Of a stretch of DNA of 64,000 nucleotides, positions 12,601 to 51,652 are shown one piece after another (the stretch's first letter is position 1; each line of letters opens with the position of its first letter). Under the pieces are notes generated by a model. The model saw only the letters and a list, made by a program, of their open reading frames with translations, did not search any database and was not told the origin of the DNA. Location: contig NIVC01001183.1 in assembly GCA_002269645.1 (NCBI GenBank), positions 278,989 to 342,988 of the forward strand, in the 5' to 3' direction. Made by a program: the position numbers and the translations under genes. This DNA is from Macrostomum lignano. Its lineage: Eukaryota.

Positions 12601-15600
12601 TGCAATGAGTTGAGAATGAGATGCAATGAGTTGAGAATGAGATGCAATGAGCTGAGTTGCGCAATGACTCAATGCAGGGCTAACCTGCTCCTCAGCTATT
12701 GTGACAGTTTTAATCGCGGCCAACTGTTGCCGCGTGGCCGGAGGCGGAGCGCCGCCGTTGCTGTCCACCTGTCCGAGCAGATGGGTCATGACCTGGTCCA
12801 GAGCGCCGGTCTCCAGGAAGTTCATCATGCGGTGCATGCCGAAGCTGAACAGCGGTACAGACTGGTGCTGCTGAGGCCCCTCCTGGTGATGCAGATGGTG
12901 CAGCAGGTGGCGCAGATGCTGCGCTGTGGCACTGGCGGGTGCCGAGGGAGTAGCAGGTCCTGCCGGCTGGTGAGGGGGGGCATTGACTTTGTATAACACT
13001 GAAAAAGCAAATTTGCAGCAAACAGCGCTTCTCTGGCAAGCAAGCTCTACTTACTTTGAGTCGTTAATCTCTTCAAGGAAGTCCATGCCACATTGACTGC
13101 AGGTGATAGTCTAAAAACATTTAGAAGAGCAAGCCTACTTTAGTCAAGTTGCCATTTGCTCTTATTTGATTGCTTTGATCAATTTGATTAGTTTATTTGA
13201 TTGCTTTGATCAATTTGATTAGTTTATTTGATTGCTAGACTGCCTAGATATAGCAGGCCTAAACAATGATTTACATACAGGTGACAAATTCTAAGAGAAT
13301 AAGAGCATATAGGGGCATAACCTAGATAGTTTGACTCATACATATGCAACCTTGGGAAGCACCTGGCCATTTCTATTGGCAACACACACATGTAAGTCGC
13401 TATTGGCTAAGAGCAATTGCATGATTACTATTCTATCCAATAGCGACTTATGGCTTCTTCTTAATCTATATTTCTGACACTATAAACCTTAAAGAAGAAA
13501 AGGAAATTTTAGTAGCTATATAATATATATATATGAAAGAAAAGTTTAAGTAGCATTATAAAAAAATTACTCTACATGTAAAAATATTAACATTAAATTG
13601 AAAATATATATTAGCACTATTTTGTCTTTATAATTTTAGGCCTACACCTACATTTTTTTGTAAAAATTGTAAAAATATAAAAAATTATATTTTATTAGCT
13701 TTTTATATTAATATATCAATATTTTGCTTATTATATAGGCTAATAAATAAGTGTTTAACTAAGTAGGAAATTAGAAGATTGCCTGTCTATGCCTATAGGT
13801 TGATATAGGCCTTTATCTATTTAGTCAAGTTTATTTTATTTAATAGTATAGTTATAAAATGAACTTTAATAAAGCATAATATAAAAAGGCCAAAAAATCA
13901 CAATATAGGCTTAATAAGCCTGCCCTAGGCTAAATATGGCATTAAGCACTAGTGTTCCACCATAGCCAAAGCTATGGCTATAGGATCCTATGACAAATAT
14001 GGCAAAATAGGTGCCTATAGCAGCTACAGATAGGCCTATGATAGCTAGCTGCTCTTATGGTTACGACTATAGAAATATGGTAGTTACTATCATATTCCAT
14101 AGATTCCCATAGCCATAGTTATTAATTTAAAAAAAAAGTGAAAAAATATTAGAAGGAAGTGCTTATTCCCATGGTCCCGTGCCAATAATTCAAATTTTAT
14201 CCACACGGATCTGTGTTGATAATTTCTAGCTTATCTTTATGGCAGCTTATTTGGAATAAAGAACATTAAAATGAATCTGTTTAAAAATTGCTTTCACTGT
14301 TTTAAAAATCTTCCAAAAAAACTATATGTATTGAATACTGAATAATATCGAGTTTGTTAAAATTGTTTCATCATTAAAAGGGTTAATTTTAAATATTTGC
14401 TTAGCTGCCAGCTGTGCTTAGAATGACCAAATGACCCAAATATTGAGGCAAATGAGACTTGCAAAATTCAAAATTCAAAATATAATAATAATGATAATAT
14501 TACTAATAATAATGACAATATTGATTTAACGTCAATACACAAAACTAAACACAAGCAACTGCACAATCTTAGCCGTGGGGATAAGCTAAAAATTATTGAC
14601 ACGGATTTGTGTGGATAAAATTAGAATTATCGGCATGGGACCATGGGGATAAGCACTTCCATATTATTAGAAACAGGTAGAATAAAACAAAGATATTTTA
14701 GTAAACTGTATTATCAACTTAGAAACTTATATAATATACCTCATAAAGTACAATAAAACACTAGCAAATTTGAATTTTTATTAATGTGAAAAAGTTCAGA
14801 ATTAGTACTTTCAGTAGTGATTAAGTATTGTTGCTCAATAAAAAGATGAAATATAATCTTACAAAGACAATTAAGTGTGTCTTTTATTTTCTAACTTAAT
14901 TTGCAGTTGTTTAAGCACTAGGTTATCTTCGTGACCAGGTCCAGGATGGAATTTTTGTGCAAAATCCTAGATGCATTCCATGCATGCTAAAAAAAACTTG
15001 TGCACTTGTGCATACATTTCTAGCAAACTTGCACAACTTTAAAAAGCTTACGTGCGCACAGCTTAATATTCTAAGAAATCTTGTATAATTTAATTTAAAT
15101 TTTGAATATTGCACTTGTTACAGTAAAATAAAGTTATTGCAAATTAAAAAAACAAAGCTACTGGGAACTACAATAAACTAAAAAGAATAATATTTTTAAA
15201 GGATTTATTTAAACTTTAATTAAACATTGTAAAAATATTGCTAAGAAATTCAAGTGGCAAAAAAATTGTGCTTTCATAGGTAAAAAACTTTTTGTTCCAA
15301 ACTTGTCATATAAAGATTCCATCCTAGCAAGTTCTTGATTCAAAATATAAATTGTTTTCTAGACTTTTTGTTAAAACTATGGCTATGGCTATAGGAACTA
15401 TGGGAATGGGAATATGGTAATATTAGGGTCCCTATGGCTACAGAATATAGAGAATTGGAATAAGCCATAGTTTTGCTTATGGCTACAGCTATGGTACATG
15501 GACCCTCCTTATGGTGGAACACTATTAAGCACTATGAAGGTTAAAACTAAAAACTAAAGATAAAGTAGGATAAGCAAGTCTTACCGAATTGTCAATGTCA

Positions 15601-15659
15601 TTTGATACTTCAGAGCTAGCACGTTCAGTATTGCATTGGTGACAAAAATAGGAAGGCAT
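9656..15659 (-). CDS. RNF126: RNF126/RNF115-like RING-H2 E3 ubiquitin ligase, about 265 aa, 5 coding exons
   Basis: Exons 15659..15585 (MPSYFCHQC...), 13110..13055 (TITCSQCGMDFLEEI; completes the N-terminal zinc ribbon), ~12931..12685 (LDQVMTHLLGQVDSNGGAPPPATRQQLAAIKTVTIAEEQ), 10666..10547 (CFVCLDEF...LPCQHHFHQQCIKPWLEK), 9955..9656 (RGTCPVCR...stop). All GT-AG with compatible phases; the exon-3 acceptor is ambiguous. RNF126 versus RNF115 cannot be resolved. Confidence 0.88.
10066..10500. repeat. 32-bp intronic minisatellite (ACTGGGTGAGGCACTGGAGTCCCGCTGACAGC)
   Basis: About 13 tandem copies in the last RING-gene intron. Confidence 0.95.
10800..12655. repeat. 21-bp intronic minisatellite (GAGAATGAGATGCAATGAGCT), about 88 copies
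   Basis: Direct tandem array; produces the spurious MRCNELR/ASHSQLI/LHLILSS ORFs. Confidence 0.97.
13950..15524. mobile_element. Non-autonomous hAT element, 1575 bp, in RING-gene intron
   Basis: 15-bp TIRs TAGTGTTCCACCATA (13950-13964) and TATGGTGGAACACTA (15510-15524); perfect 8-bp TSD TTAAGCAC (13942-13949, 15525-15532); inverted subterminal CCATAG/CTATGG clusters. Confidence 0.9.
14155..14660. mobile_element. Nested long-TIR MITE (Mutator/foldback-like), about 506 bp
   Basis: About 90-bp imperfect inverted repeats starting GGAAGTGCTTAT(T/C)CCCATGGTCCC at 14155 and ending ...GGGATAAGCACTTCC at 14660; TSD only partial (atattagaa versus atattatta). Confidence 0.7.
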
Positions 15660-16379
15660 TTCCTTTCTTCTCCTTTTGCTCTAAAATTCACTTGTCACTA
15701 ATGTCAATGATAGGGCCTAGGCTACGAAGGGCAAACAAAAGTCCTGTCTTGTGTTTGATTTATGAGTATGATGCAAAACAATGCCAATGGTTATGGTGGA
15801 GCAACTTAAATAGAAAAGCCTAGCTTACAGGTGTAGCTTTTAAGTATAAGTATATCAAGCCTTGACTGGACCCTAAATTAGATCAACTTAATTTTGTTAA
15901 TTGTGCTAAATATATTGCTTTGCCTTTGCCAGGTTAGACCGTCACCTGTCTCGAAATTCCAGTTTCAAGCCTAACTAAATGTCAAACGATAACTTTTTGA
16001 AAAATCGGGCCTCAATGCCCTAAATGAAACTTGAACTTGGAACTTAAACACAGACTACAGTGTCTGTATAGTAGGCTGTTTTGCACTTAAATGTACTGTT
16101 GACCTTATTGGATTCAGGAGCTGAAGCTGAACGATCCTATTTTATAATTACTTCGTTTTCCAGCAGGCGAAACACCCTCTGTTTATAAGAAATACGCTAA
16201 CCGACACTAGGGCCTGGAAATTCGGTAGTATGAAAAATATTACTTATGGAGTTTTACAAAAATATTTTGGTGTTTTATTGTGCTGAACGTTAAGAGCACT
16301 GGAAACTGCAATAAATTTCGCCAATAGTAACTATTTTTTTGTTATAACTTTCAGAAAAAGATCAAATCACAGAAATCAC

Positions 16380-17600
16380 TATACTTACCTTTTTTGACCA
16401 CCACAATTGCTACTGTAGAAAAAAATAATTACAATACCTCCAGAACCAGCTGATTTACACTTTTCGTTGACCTCGCTTTACAACACAACTGAAATACAAG
16501 TATATTGAATTACAGCTTTCATGAAAGATATACTATATACGTATATTAAAGGTACACAATTTAGTAGCGTACTAAGGGGTGGGAGGACCACCCCATGGTA
16601 AAAGCTGTGGGGCATGCCAATGCTTTGAGCCCTGCTCCTTAATTTAATAATTTTGATTGAAAGTGCCAAAATGAGTGCCTGTGCTGCTGAGAGCCAAAAA
16701 TTATAAGAGTGTCGGTGGCGCAAAAATCAGTAGTAGTAACAACACTGCTGATTCCCAAAATAATAAACGAATTCTTCGTTTAGAATTCTTGGTTTTCCAT
16801 AATTCTCCAGGATTTCTCTAACGGGTCGCAAGGTGGGTCGGGACATGTCCCCAAGCCCGTACAGCAAATTACGTACATTGCATATTTGGATACGTAAATG
16901 TGATTCTACGGGAAGGTCCTCCCAGTGACCACGCACCTGCACGTACAGCTATCTATCTAGTAGTACACATGTCCATGCACTTAATGTTTCGTCGACTGCT
17001 TGTGCTGGCTGACTCTGAATACATAATATTTTTGCATGTACACTGTTTGCGGCATTTGCCGCTCTTGATGCTAAATTTGAAGAAAATGCGCCCGACTTGC
17101 GCACAGTCAAGATGGCAATTAAATCCGGTTAGAGGATTGTCAGAGAATTAAAACATGAATCAGCACTATTAGCCAGCAATTAAAGAGCTGGGGGGGGGCA
17201 ATCGAAAAGTCTATCAGCTGCCCAACCAAGTATGCTAAAATAACGACTAAAAAGTGCGGGAAGCTACTCCAGCCCTCCGCTACTCTGACTCAATGCATGT
17301 TGCTTCTACACGACATTCAAGAAATAAAAAAGCGTGGTTTAAAAAAGACGCACTTGCTGGACGGGGCTGTCCAATCAGAATGCGCACCCCTACAGCAGCT
17401 GCTGGTCCCGCTGTATGCGCTACCACACAGATACTCATGCAATAAGATGAGAACCAATTTTGCTACCCGAAACATATCATCGTCTAATCCATCAGGTGTT
17501 ATCGGCTAAACCGAGCATTGTCACCAGGATTCTCAGGCTGTTCTCCCCGTCTCCATGCCAATATCCCGAGCTCTCCCAGCCAGCCGAAAATCAAGCCTGC
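16380..17600. promoter_or_regulatory. Probable divergent promoter region between the RING gene (-) and the RhoGEF gene (+)
   Basis: Head-to-head gene arrangement; candidate 5'UTR donors at ~16388 (-) and ~17996 (+). Positional inference only. Confidence 0.35.
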
Positions 17601-18184
17601 GATCTCCCCGTCTCTGCGTTGGCGCTGAATAAATTTGTGCGCGTCTTCTTTCTTTCTTTCTTTCTTTCGCCAGTATGGAGACGAACGGCGTAGCGGAGTG
17701 GAAGAGAATAGCAGAGGCAGACGGCCTTTGCGAGTGCGCAGCTCGCAGTCCCCCGTTCCAGGCGTAGACTTTGCTCAGGGACAGAGAAGTGCGCCCTCTC
17801 CGGCTCTACGCGGCTCTCTTTCGCGCCAACTCTTATTTCTATTCTGCGTAGATCAAAAACTAAAAGCAACAGACTGTCTCTACCTGTTCCGCTCCGTTGT
17901 CTTTTAGCATATCAAGTAGCTTATCTGCAGCGGCAGATCAGTCAGTGAAGCAGACAGCAGAGAGCGTGAATCCCGGATCTTCCAGCGGCTACCGTAAGTC
18001 CCCATTCAGCCAACTGCAACTCGAACCGAGCAGAGTCAAACACATCAAACTCAATTAGCAGCAGGCGGGAGCCAATGCGGCCCGGCAGCGAACACCGCGC
18101 GCACGTGGCCCCGGCAGAGGCAGCGACACCTGCGCAGCTGCGCGGCACTTCGTGAACGAAGCTCTGCAGCCTGCGTGAGGCATC

Positions 18185-44425
<26,241 letters not shown>

Positions 44426-45204
44426 CGGGCCGGATAAGCCCAGCGCACGGCTGAGCGCTCCGATGCCGCCTGCATTGAAAAGCAGCGCCGACCAGCTCCC
44501 TCATTCAAGTCTCCACTGCGCCAATGCGGTTTCAACAGTCGGCAGTCGCTGATGAGAGGCGCTGCTCAACCGCGGATGCACCCTCGCTATTTTCCTCACT
44601 TGTCTTGTCATGAACAGAAATTTATTCTAGATCCCAAGATTTATGGCCCGGCAATCGCCTCCATTGAAAGACAGTCAGCCATAGTCGGTAACCGGATTGT
44701 GGGGCCAGCTTGAGTCCTAATTATCATATAAATATTCTATTTTTATTCGCGGCTAAATTTCACAAAACAAAAACTGTCTAATGAATTTTTTTGAATTTCT
44801 GAGTCTGCAGATAATCGCTTTCTCTTCCTCAAATCCCTGTACTCGTCACCTCCCGCGCACTGCTGGCATGCGGATGTGAAATACACTGTCGAAGAATTCA
44901 GCGCTACAGAGTCGCTCCACTGTGCATAAGCCCAACTGCGGATCCATCAACTGAAGCCAAGAATTTTTTTTTGTTTCACAGCGCTGGGAAACTTGCCCCC
45001 GCGTGTCACTTGGACACTTGGGTGGCAATTCAAACCCGTGCTTTAAAGTATTTTGTCATTGCATGTACACATATAATGACATAGAAAGTAGTACATGTAG
45101 AACAAAAGATTGATGTTTTATAAGCTGTAGCTGTCTCAGTACATCTTGGGTGCATGGACCACACACACTACTAATCTGCTTGTCGGTGGTTTCAACTGAA
45201 CTCG

Positions 45205-45405
45205 TCTCAAATGCATCGGTCTCAAATCCACCGGTCTCAAATGCACCTGTCTAAGTGCACCGGTCTCAAATGCACCTGTCTAAGTGCACCGGTCTCAAAT
45301 GCACCAGTCACAAATGCACCGGTCTCAAATGCACCGGTCTCAAATGCACCTGTCTCAAACGCACCGGTCTCAAATGCACCTGTCTAAGTGCACCGGTCTC
45401 AAATG
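45205..45405. repeat. 15-bp repeat (CAAATGCACCGGTCT)
   Basis: Tandem copies. Confidence 0.9.
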
Positions 45406-45924
45406 ATATCTGCACAATTTAGGAGTGCAGCCCCCTAGAGCAACTTAGTTGCCCGGGAATCCTCAACCTTCGGCACAGAGACGAGAAAAAGGTAGAAACG
45501 AAGAGCAAATATTTGTGAGCAATCGAAGTATTGAATTTAAACACACGCAATGCAATAAATAAATATATTTCCATAGAGCAGCAGATTATTGCTTGAATTG
45601 AAAAGGCAAAACCATGCAAAAAAGGCTCGGCAGGCGGACAGTCTGAGCTCAGCGAGATTGGCGAACAGGAGCAAATCAGGCGCAGCCCAGTGCAAGGCTG
45701 GATACTGCAGATTAGCGGACTCGGCTGTGCGTACATTGATTCACATTATTAATGCTTAACAGTTAAAACAGCAAGTCATTTTCTGCAAGTTCAAATCAAG
45801 ACATCTAAATTTGCTTCTCGAATTACTTAAAGCTGCTTAATAACCGGGGGGAGCCCGTTTTGGGAAAGTCGAGGAAAACCGAGTGGAAAAGAACTGGCTT
45901 GGACTGAGTGGGGTTGAAAATGGT

Positions 45925-47365
45925 AGGGAGTGCACATTGGGAGGATAGGGAGTGTACATTGGATGGATAGGGAGTGTACATTAGATGGGAGGGAGTGTAC
46001 ATTGGATGGTTGGGGAGTGTACATTGGGTGGGAAGGGAGTGTACATTAGATGGGAGGGAGTGTACATTAGATGGGAGGGAGTGTACACTGGGTGGGAAGG
46101 GAGTGTACATTGGATGGATAGGGAGTGTACATTGGATGGGTAGGGAGTGTACATTGGATGGGTAGGGAGTGTACATTAGATGGGAGGGAGTGTACATTGG
46201 ATGGGTAGGGAGTGTACATTAGATGGGAGGGAGTGTACATTGGATGGGTAGGGAGTGTACATTGGATGGGTAGGGAGTGTACATTGGATGGTTGGGGAGT
46301 GTACATTGGATGGGAGGGAGTGTACATTGGATGGTTGGGGAGTGTACATTGGGTGGGAAGGGAGTGTACATTAGATGGGAGGGAGTGTACATTAGATGGG
46401 AGGGAGTGTACACTGGGTGGGAAGGGAGTGTACATTGGATGGATAGGGAGTGTACATTGGATGGGTAGGGAGTGTACATTGGATGGGTAGGGAGTGTACA
46501 TTAGATGGGAGGGAGTGTACATTGGATGGGTAGGGAGTGTACATTAGATGGGAGGGAGTGTACATTGGATGGGTAGGGAGTGTACATTGGATGGGTAGGG
46601 AGTGTACATTGGATGGTTGGGGAGTGTACATTGGATGGGTAGGGAGTGTACATTGGATGGGTAGGGAGTGTACATTGGATGGTTGGGGAGTGTACATTGG
46701 GTGGGAAGGGAGTGTACATTGGATGGATAGGGAGTGTACATTGGATGGGTAGGGAGTGTACATTGGATAGTTGGGGAGTGTACATTGGGTGGGAAGGGAG
46801 TGTACATTGGGTGGGAAGGGAGTGTACATTGGATGGATAGGGAGTGTACATTGGATGGATAGGGAGTGTACATTGGATGGATAGGGAGTGTACATTAGAT
46901 GGGTAGGGAGTGTACATTGGATGGTTGGGGAGTGTACATTGGGTGGGAAGGGAGTGTACATTGGGTGGGAAGGGAGTGTACATTGGATGGATAGGGAGTG
47001 TACATTGGATGGATAGGGAGTGTACATTGGATGGGTAGGGAGTGTACATTGGATGGTTGGGGAGTGTACATTGGGTGGGAAGGGAGTGTACATTGGGTGG
47101 GAAGGGAGTGTACATTGGGTGGGAAGGGAGTGTACATTGGATGGATAGGGAGTGTACATTGGATGGATAGGGAGTGTACATTGGATGGGTAGGGAGTGTA
47201 CATTGGATGGTTGGGGAGTGTACATTGGGTGGGAAGGGAGTGCACATTGGATGGGTAGGGAGTGTACATTGGATGGTTGGGGAGTGTACATTGGGTGGGA
47301 AGGGAGTGTACATTGGGTGGGAAGGGAGTGAACATTGGGTGGGTAGGGAGTGCACATTGGGTGGG
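45925..47365. repeat. G-rich 20-22-bp minisatellite (GGGAGTGTACATT(G/A)G(A/G)TGG..)
   Basis: About 1.4-kb array between the convergent RhoGEF and CRACD-like 3' ends. Confidence 0.96.
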
Positions 47366-47969
47366 TAAAGCAGTTATAAGGCCGAGTCGATCAGCAAAGA
47401 TCTGCAACCGCGGCACCGCGTCGTGTGTAGAATCGGATTACATTGAAAATAAGCATCTGCAGGGCATTCAGTAAAAGCTTCGCTATTGACACAAGCCAAA
47501 TTAATTAGCAATTAATTCGCCACTCACAGAGTAAAAAATTAGCGCTACTAACAGTAGTAGTAGACAGAGCAGTTAAACAAATAAATTCGCTACTAAAAGA
47601 AGCTTATTGCGGGTCGGCAAGAAAAGAGAATAAGTAATAAATAGAACTGCAAAGTCGCAGACTGGAGAGATTGCCACGGAGCAGAAAAAAAGCAACACAC
47701 TATTGCAGAAGCAAGCGCACGCGGAAGCGCCAGCAGAAACACCCAACTCAAAGTAGCGATGGATAAGAATAAACAAACAACTCGGCTAGACAGCAGCGGG
47801 GCCGGGAAGGCAAACTCGAGTTTTATAAGATAAGCCGCTGTAGACTTGTGCTATTGAAAGAACTCATTGTACTATTGCAGCAGTTGAAGCAGTACGAATA
47901 CAGCACGCATATATATATAATGAAATAGTTTATAATAGGTGTGCTGCAACTGTTGCTGACAGCGGTCGG

Positions 47970-50728
47970 TCAGGTTTCCATCCGCCTGACCATCTCCAGC
48001 ACGCGGGAGTTCCTGTTGCTCGCGTCGGCAGCTGAAGAAGCTGAGCTCGGCTTGGCTGCTGTGGCGAGCGGCGGTCGAGGCGGTCGCTGCTGCGGCTGTC
48101 AAATGCGGATGTGGGATGGGGGTATAGCCAGTTTGATGAAGGGAGGCTGCGGGCGCTGCCGCAATCAAGTTTGAATCAATCAAATTGACAAGCCAGTTTG
48201 ATGAAGGGAGGCTGCGGGCGCTGCCGCAATCCAGTTTGAATCAATCAAATTGACAAGCCAGTTTGATGAAGGGAGGCTGCGGGCGCTGCCGCAATCCAGT
48301 TTGAATCAATCAAATTTGACAAGCAAGTCTGATGAAGGGAGGCTGCGGGCGCTGCCGCAATCCAGTTTGAATCAATAAAATTGACAAGCCAGTTTGATGA
48401 AGGGAGGCTGCGGGCGCTGCCGCAATCAAGTTTGAATCAATCAAATTTGACAAGCCAGTTTGATGAAGGGAGGCTGCGGGCGCTGCCGCAATCAAGTTTG
48501 AATCAATCAAATTGACAAGCCAGTTTGATGAAGGGAGGCTGCGGGCGCTGCCGCAATCAAGTTTGAATCAATCAAATTTGACAAGCCAGTCTGATGAAGG
48601 GAGGCTGCGGGCGCTGCCGCAATCCAGTTTGAATCAATCAAATTTGACAAGCTGGAAATTTTAGACTGGAACAACCTCGCTCATCCACTTTAATGAGTTC
48701 GAAGATACGAGACTTAGAGCTCGTGAAGTCTGATGGATTGACTCTCCCAGTCCGCCAGTCCCAGATAACGCACGCACGCGCTCGCACACGGTGGGCGCAA
48801 AGCGGCCCTGACTTTCTCATCCTCAGATGAAGCACAAACTGCAGGAGTCCAAACTAATGATAGAATGTTTAGAGACTCGAACTCCGCACTTACCGGCTTG
48901 GCTTCCGCCGCAGTCGCAGGCGATTCATCAGCAGCTGGGGAGGCTGCCGTTGTCGGCGGCACATCGGCGACTGCCTGCTGCTGCTGCAACGGCGGCTCAG
49001 TGGCCAGCGCCGTCACAGGTCGGAGGCGCCGCCTAGCGAGAAACTCCGGGGTCGGTGTCGAAGTGGCAGCGGCGCCGGCCGTGGCAGCGGGAGCGGTCTC
49101 CTGCCGGCGCTTGACGAACACAACGGAGGTCGGGCGGAGAGCGGCACCGCTGGCTGTCGGCGGCGGCTCCACGATGGGCAGCATGGCCTTGGCGGTCTGC
49201 ACTGCCGTCTCCTCGCGGATGAAGTCCAGCAGAAGCGGGGCGGTCGCCGGACCGGCAGCCGCTGAGGTTGGCGAGGCCGCCGCTGAGGAGGCCGCAGAGC
49301 TCAAAGAGGCCGCGCCGGTCGCGCTGGCCGAGGCGGGCGAAGTCGGCCGGGTAGGCGGGCGGCGCCGGCGAACGGCCATGCGGTGGTGCGCGGCCGAGTG
49401 GTCAAGCGACTGCATGCCAGCGTCCAGCGATGCGGCGTCCGAGGCGGCTTCGTCGGCCACGGAGGAGCCGTATGACAGCAACGACCGCGTGGAGGCCGAG
49501 CGGCTGCCGCCGCCGCCACTGCCCATGATCCGACCGCCTCCTCCGCCGCTGCTGCCGGAGATGACGGCGGTGGGACTGCGCGGGAGGCCTTCGTCATCAG
49601 AGGCGGAGGCCGCTGGTGGGCCGCCGCCAGACTGGGACCGCTCCGGCCGGGGCCGGAAGGAGGGCGGCCGCGGGCCGAGCACAATAGGCAGCTGGCGGTC
49701 GGACAGTTTCTGCTCCTAGAAGAGATGGGATAAAAAGAGATGAACAGCGGTGATAAACCGGGATTAATAAGTAGATTGCTTTAGAGAGGATTAAGAGGCA
49801 TTCTTGGGATGAGGATTAAAAGACATTCTTGGGATGAGGATTAGGAGACATTCTCAGGATGAGGATTAAGAGACATTGTCGGGATGAGGATTAAGAGACA
49901 TTCTCGGGATGAGGATTAAGAGACATTCTCGGGATGAGGATTAAGAGACATTGTCGGGATGAGGATTAAGAGACATTCTCGGGATGAGGATTAAGAGACA
50001 TTCTCGGGATGGGGATTAAGAGACATTCTCGGGATGGGGATTAAGAGACATTCTCGGATGAGGATTAAAAGACATTCTTGGGATGAGGATTAAAAGACAT
50101 TCTTGGGATGAGGATTAGGAGACATTCTCAGGATGAGGATTAAGAGACATTGTCGGGATGAGGATTAAGAGACATTCTCGGGATGAGGATTAAGAGACAT
50201 TCTCGGGATGAGGATTAAGAGACATTGTCGGGATGAGGATTAAGAGACATTCTCGGATGAGGATTAAGAGACATTCTCGGGATGGGGATTAAGAGACATT
50301 CTCGGGATGGGGATTAAGAGACATTCTCGGGATGAGGATTAAGAGACATTCTCGGGATGAGGATTTAAGAGACAAATAAAAATTAGCAGGCTCACCAGCC
50401 CCATCAGGCGGGACTTGAAGTCGCCCAGCGATCCCGCAGGTGCAGTCCTGCCGAGACTGCCATGCAGAGCGGACGAAGGGCCGCCGGCAGCTGAAGCGGC
50501 AGCAGGTGTGGCAGCGGCGGACTCGCCAGCAGCGCCGCCGTCGCCAACGTCAACAGCCAGCAGCTGGGGGTCGAGTGATTCAACGCCGCGGCACACCGAC
50601 AGCTCTGGCTCGGACTGCCAGCGGTCCGTCCCGGCCGCAGCGGCGGCTCCGATCGCCTGCTGGTCCGGCGGCGGCGGCTGCTGCTGCCGCGGCCCGCCTC
50701 GGCGGAACAGATTTCTCAGCCGCTTCAT
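47970..50728 (-). CDS. Low-complexity protein with a DUF4592-like motif (CRACD/KIAA1211-like), about 426 aa
   Basis: Exons 50728..50396 (MKRLRNLFRR...SRLMGL|gtgagc), 49715..48894 (ttctag|EQKL...SDDEGLPRSP...SLDHSAAHHRMAVRRRRPP...AKP|gtaagt), 48095..47970 (gacag|PQQRPP...NRNSRVLEMVRRMET*); all phase 0. The GLPRSP and LDxSAAxHxxxV motifs recall DUF4592 (from memory). Confidence 0.55.
48128..48655. repeat. 60-61-bp intronic repeat (AAGCCAGTTTGATGAAGGGAGGCTGCGGGCGCTGCCGCAATC...)
   Basis: About 9 copies. Confidence 0.95.
49790..50365. repeat. 25-bp intronic minisatellite (GGGATGAGGATTAAGAGACATTCTC)
   Basis: About 23 copies. Confidence 0.95.
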
Positions 50729-51652
50729 CAGCTGCTGGGAGGCTGCAAGCCGAGGGCTGGAGTGAAGATTCGATACTGTCAGAATTATTAATTACTGGGA
50801 CAAATCCAAACTTGCCCCTGGCAACTATCAGCAACAGGCCTCAAGCGCTAAGCTAAGCAAAAGAAGAAACGAAGCAAGACAGAAGCATTTTGCTTTTTTG
50901 CTTGATTTTGAACTAAATTTATTTGACAAACATGCCGGTCGAATATTCTTTTAAATGTACGCGCAATATTTGCAAATTACAGACGCGAGACATGATCGGT
51001 GGCTACAAATTGATGCTTACACAGGCTGGGTGCGCCAGGGGCTGCCGCTGAGAACTGCTCCGAGAACTCAGAGATGGACAAACAGAGAGCCAGAATTAGA
51101 GCAGAGGCAGGGAATCACCATACATGAATATATATAGAAGTATATAAGTTATAACAAATAAGAAAATATGTAAAGCCCAGTCTAAGCGAAGGGGAGAGGA
51201 ACTGGGGCAGCGCGATACTCCAATAGGCGAGAACAACAGAATTTTGTTGCAAAAATTACACGGGGCTGCCAACTTCAAAGGGCCGCAGACGATGCAAAAT
51301 CAGCGATAGGAGGACACTGGGCCTCATCTGCGCTGCTTGGACTGGTGCGTAAGCTGCGCGTACGCAGGCAAATTTATCTGGTAAATAAAGCCGCATGACT
51401 GACAGCTCGCGGTCTGTCAATCTCTCTCTCGCAGTCCCCGGCGCCGCACTCAGCCTTCACTGCAGCCACAGTAAGCCGGAGGGTCTAAAAACGGCACAGA
51501 ATCAATCGGACGCGATAGAAAGTGCGGATCGGACAGGCAAACGGAAAAAGCTGGTGCAAACTGCGCCCTGGCGGCAATACAACAGCAGCTATTATAGCGG
51601 GAGGGGCGGCTGAGACACAAAAATAGCGGAGATGCGGGATTGCTGACAGCCG

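Noticed and set aside
44850-45030. Possible small minus-strand exon between the RhoGEF and CRACD-like genes
   Set aside because: Splice-like borders but no recognisable protein and no compatible neighbouring exons.
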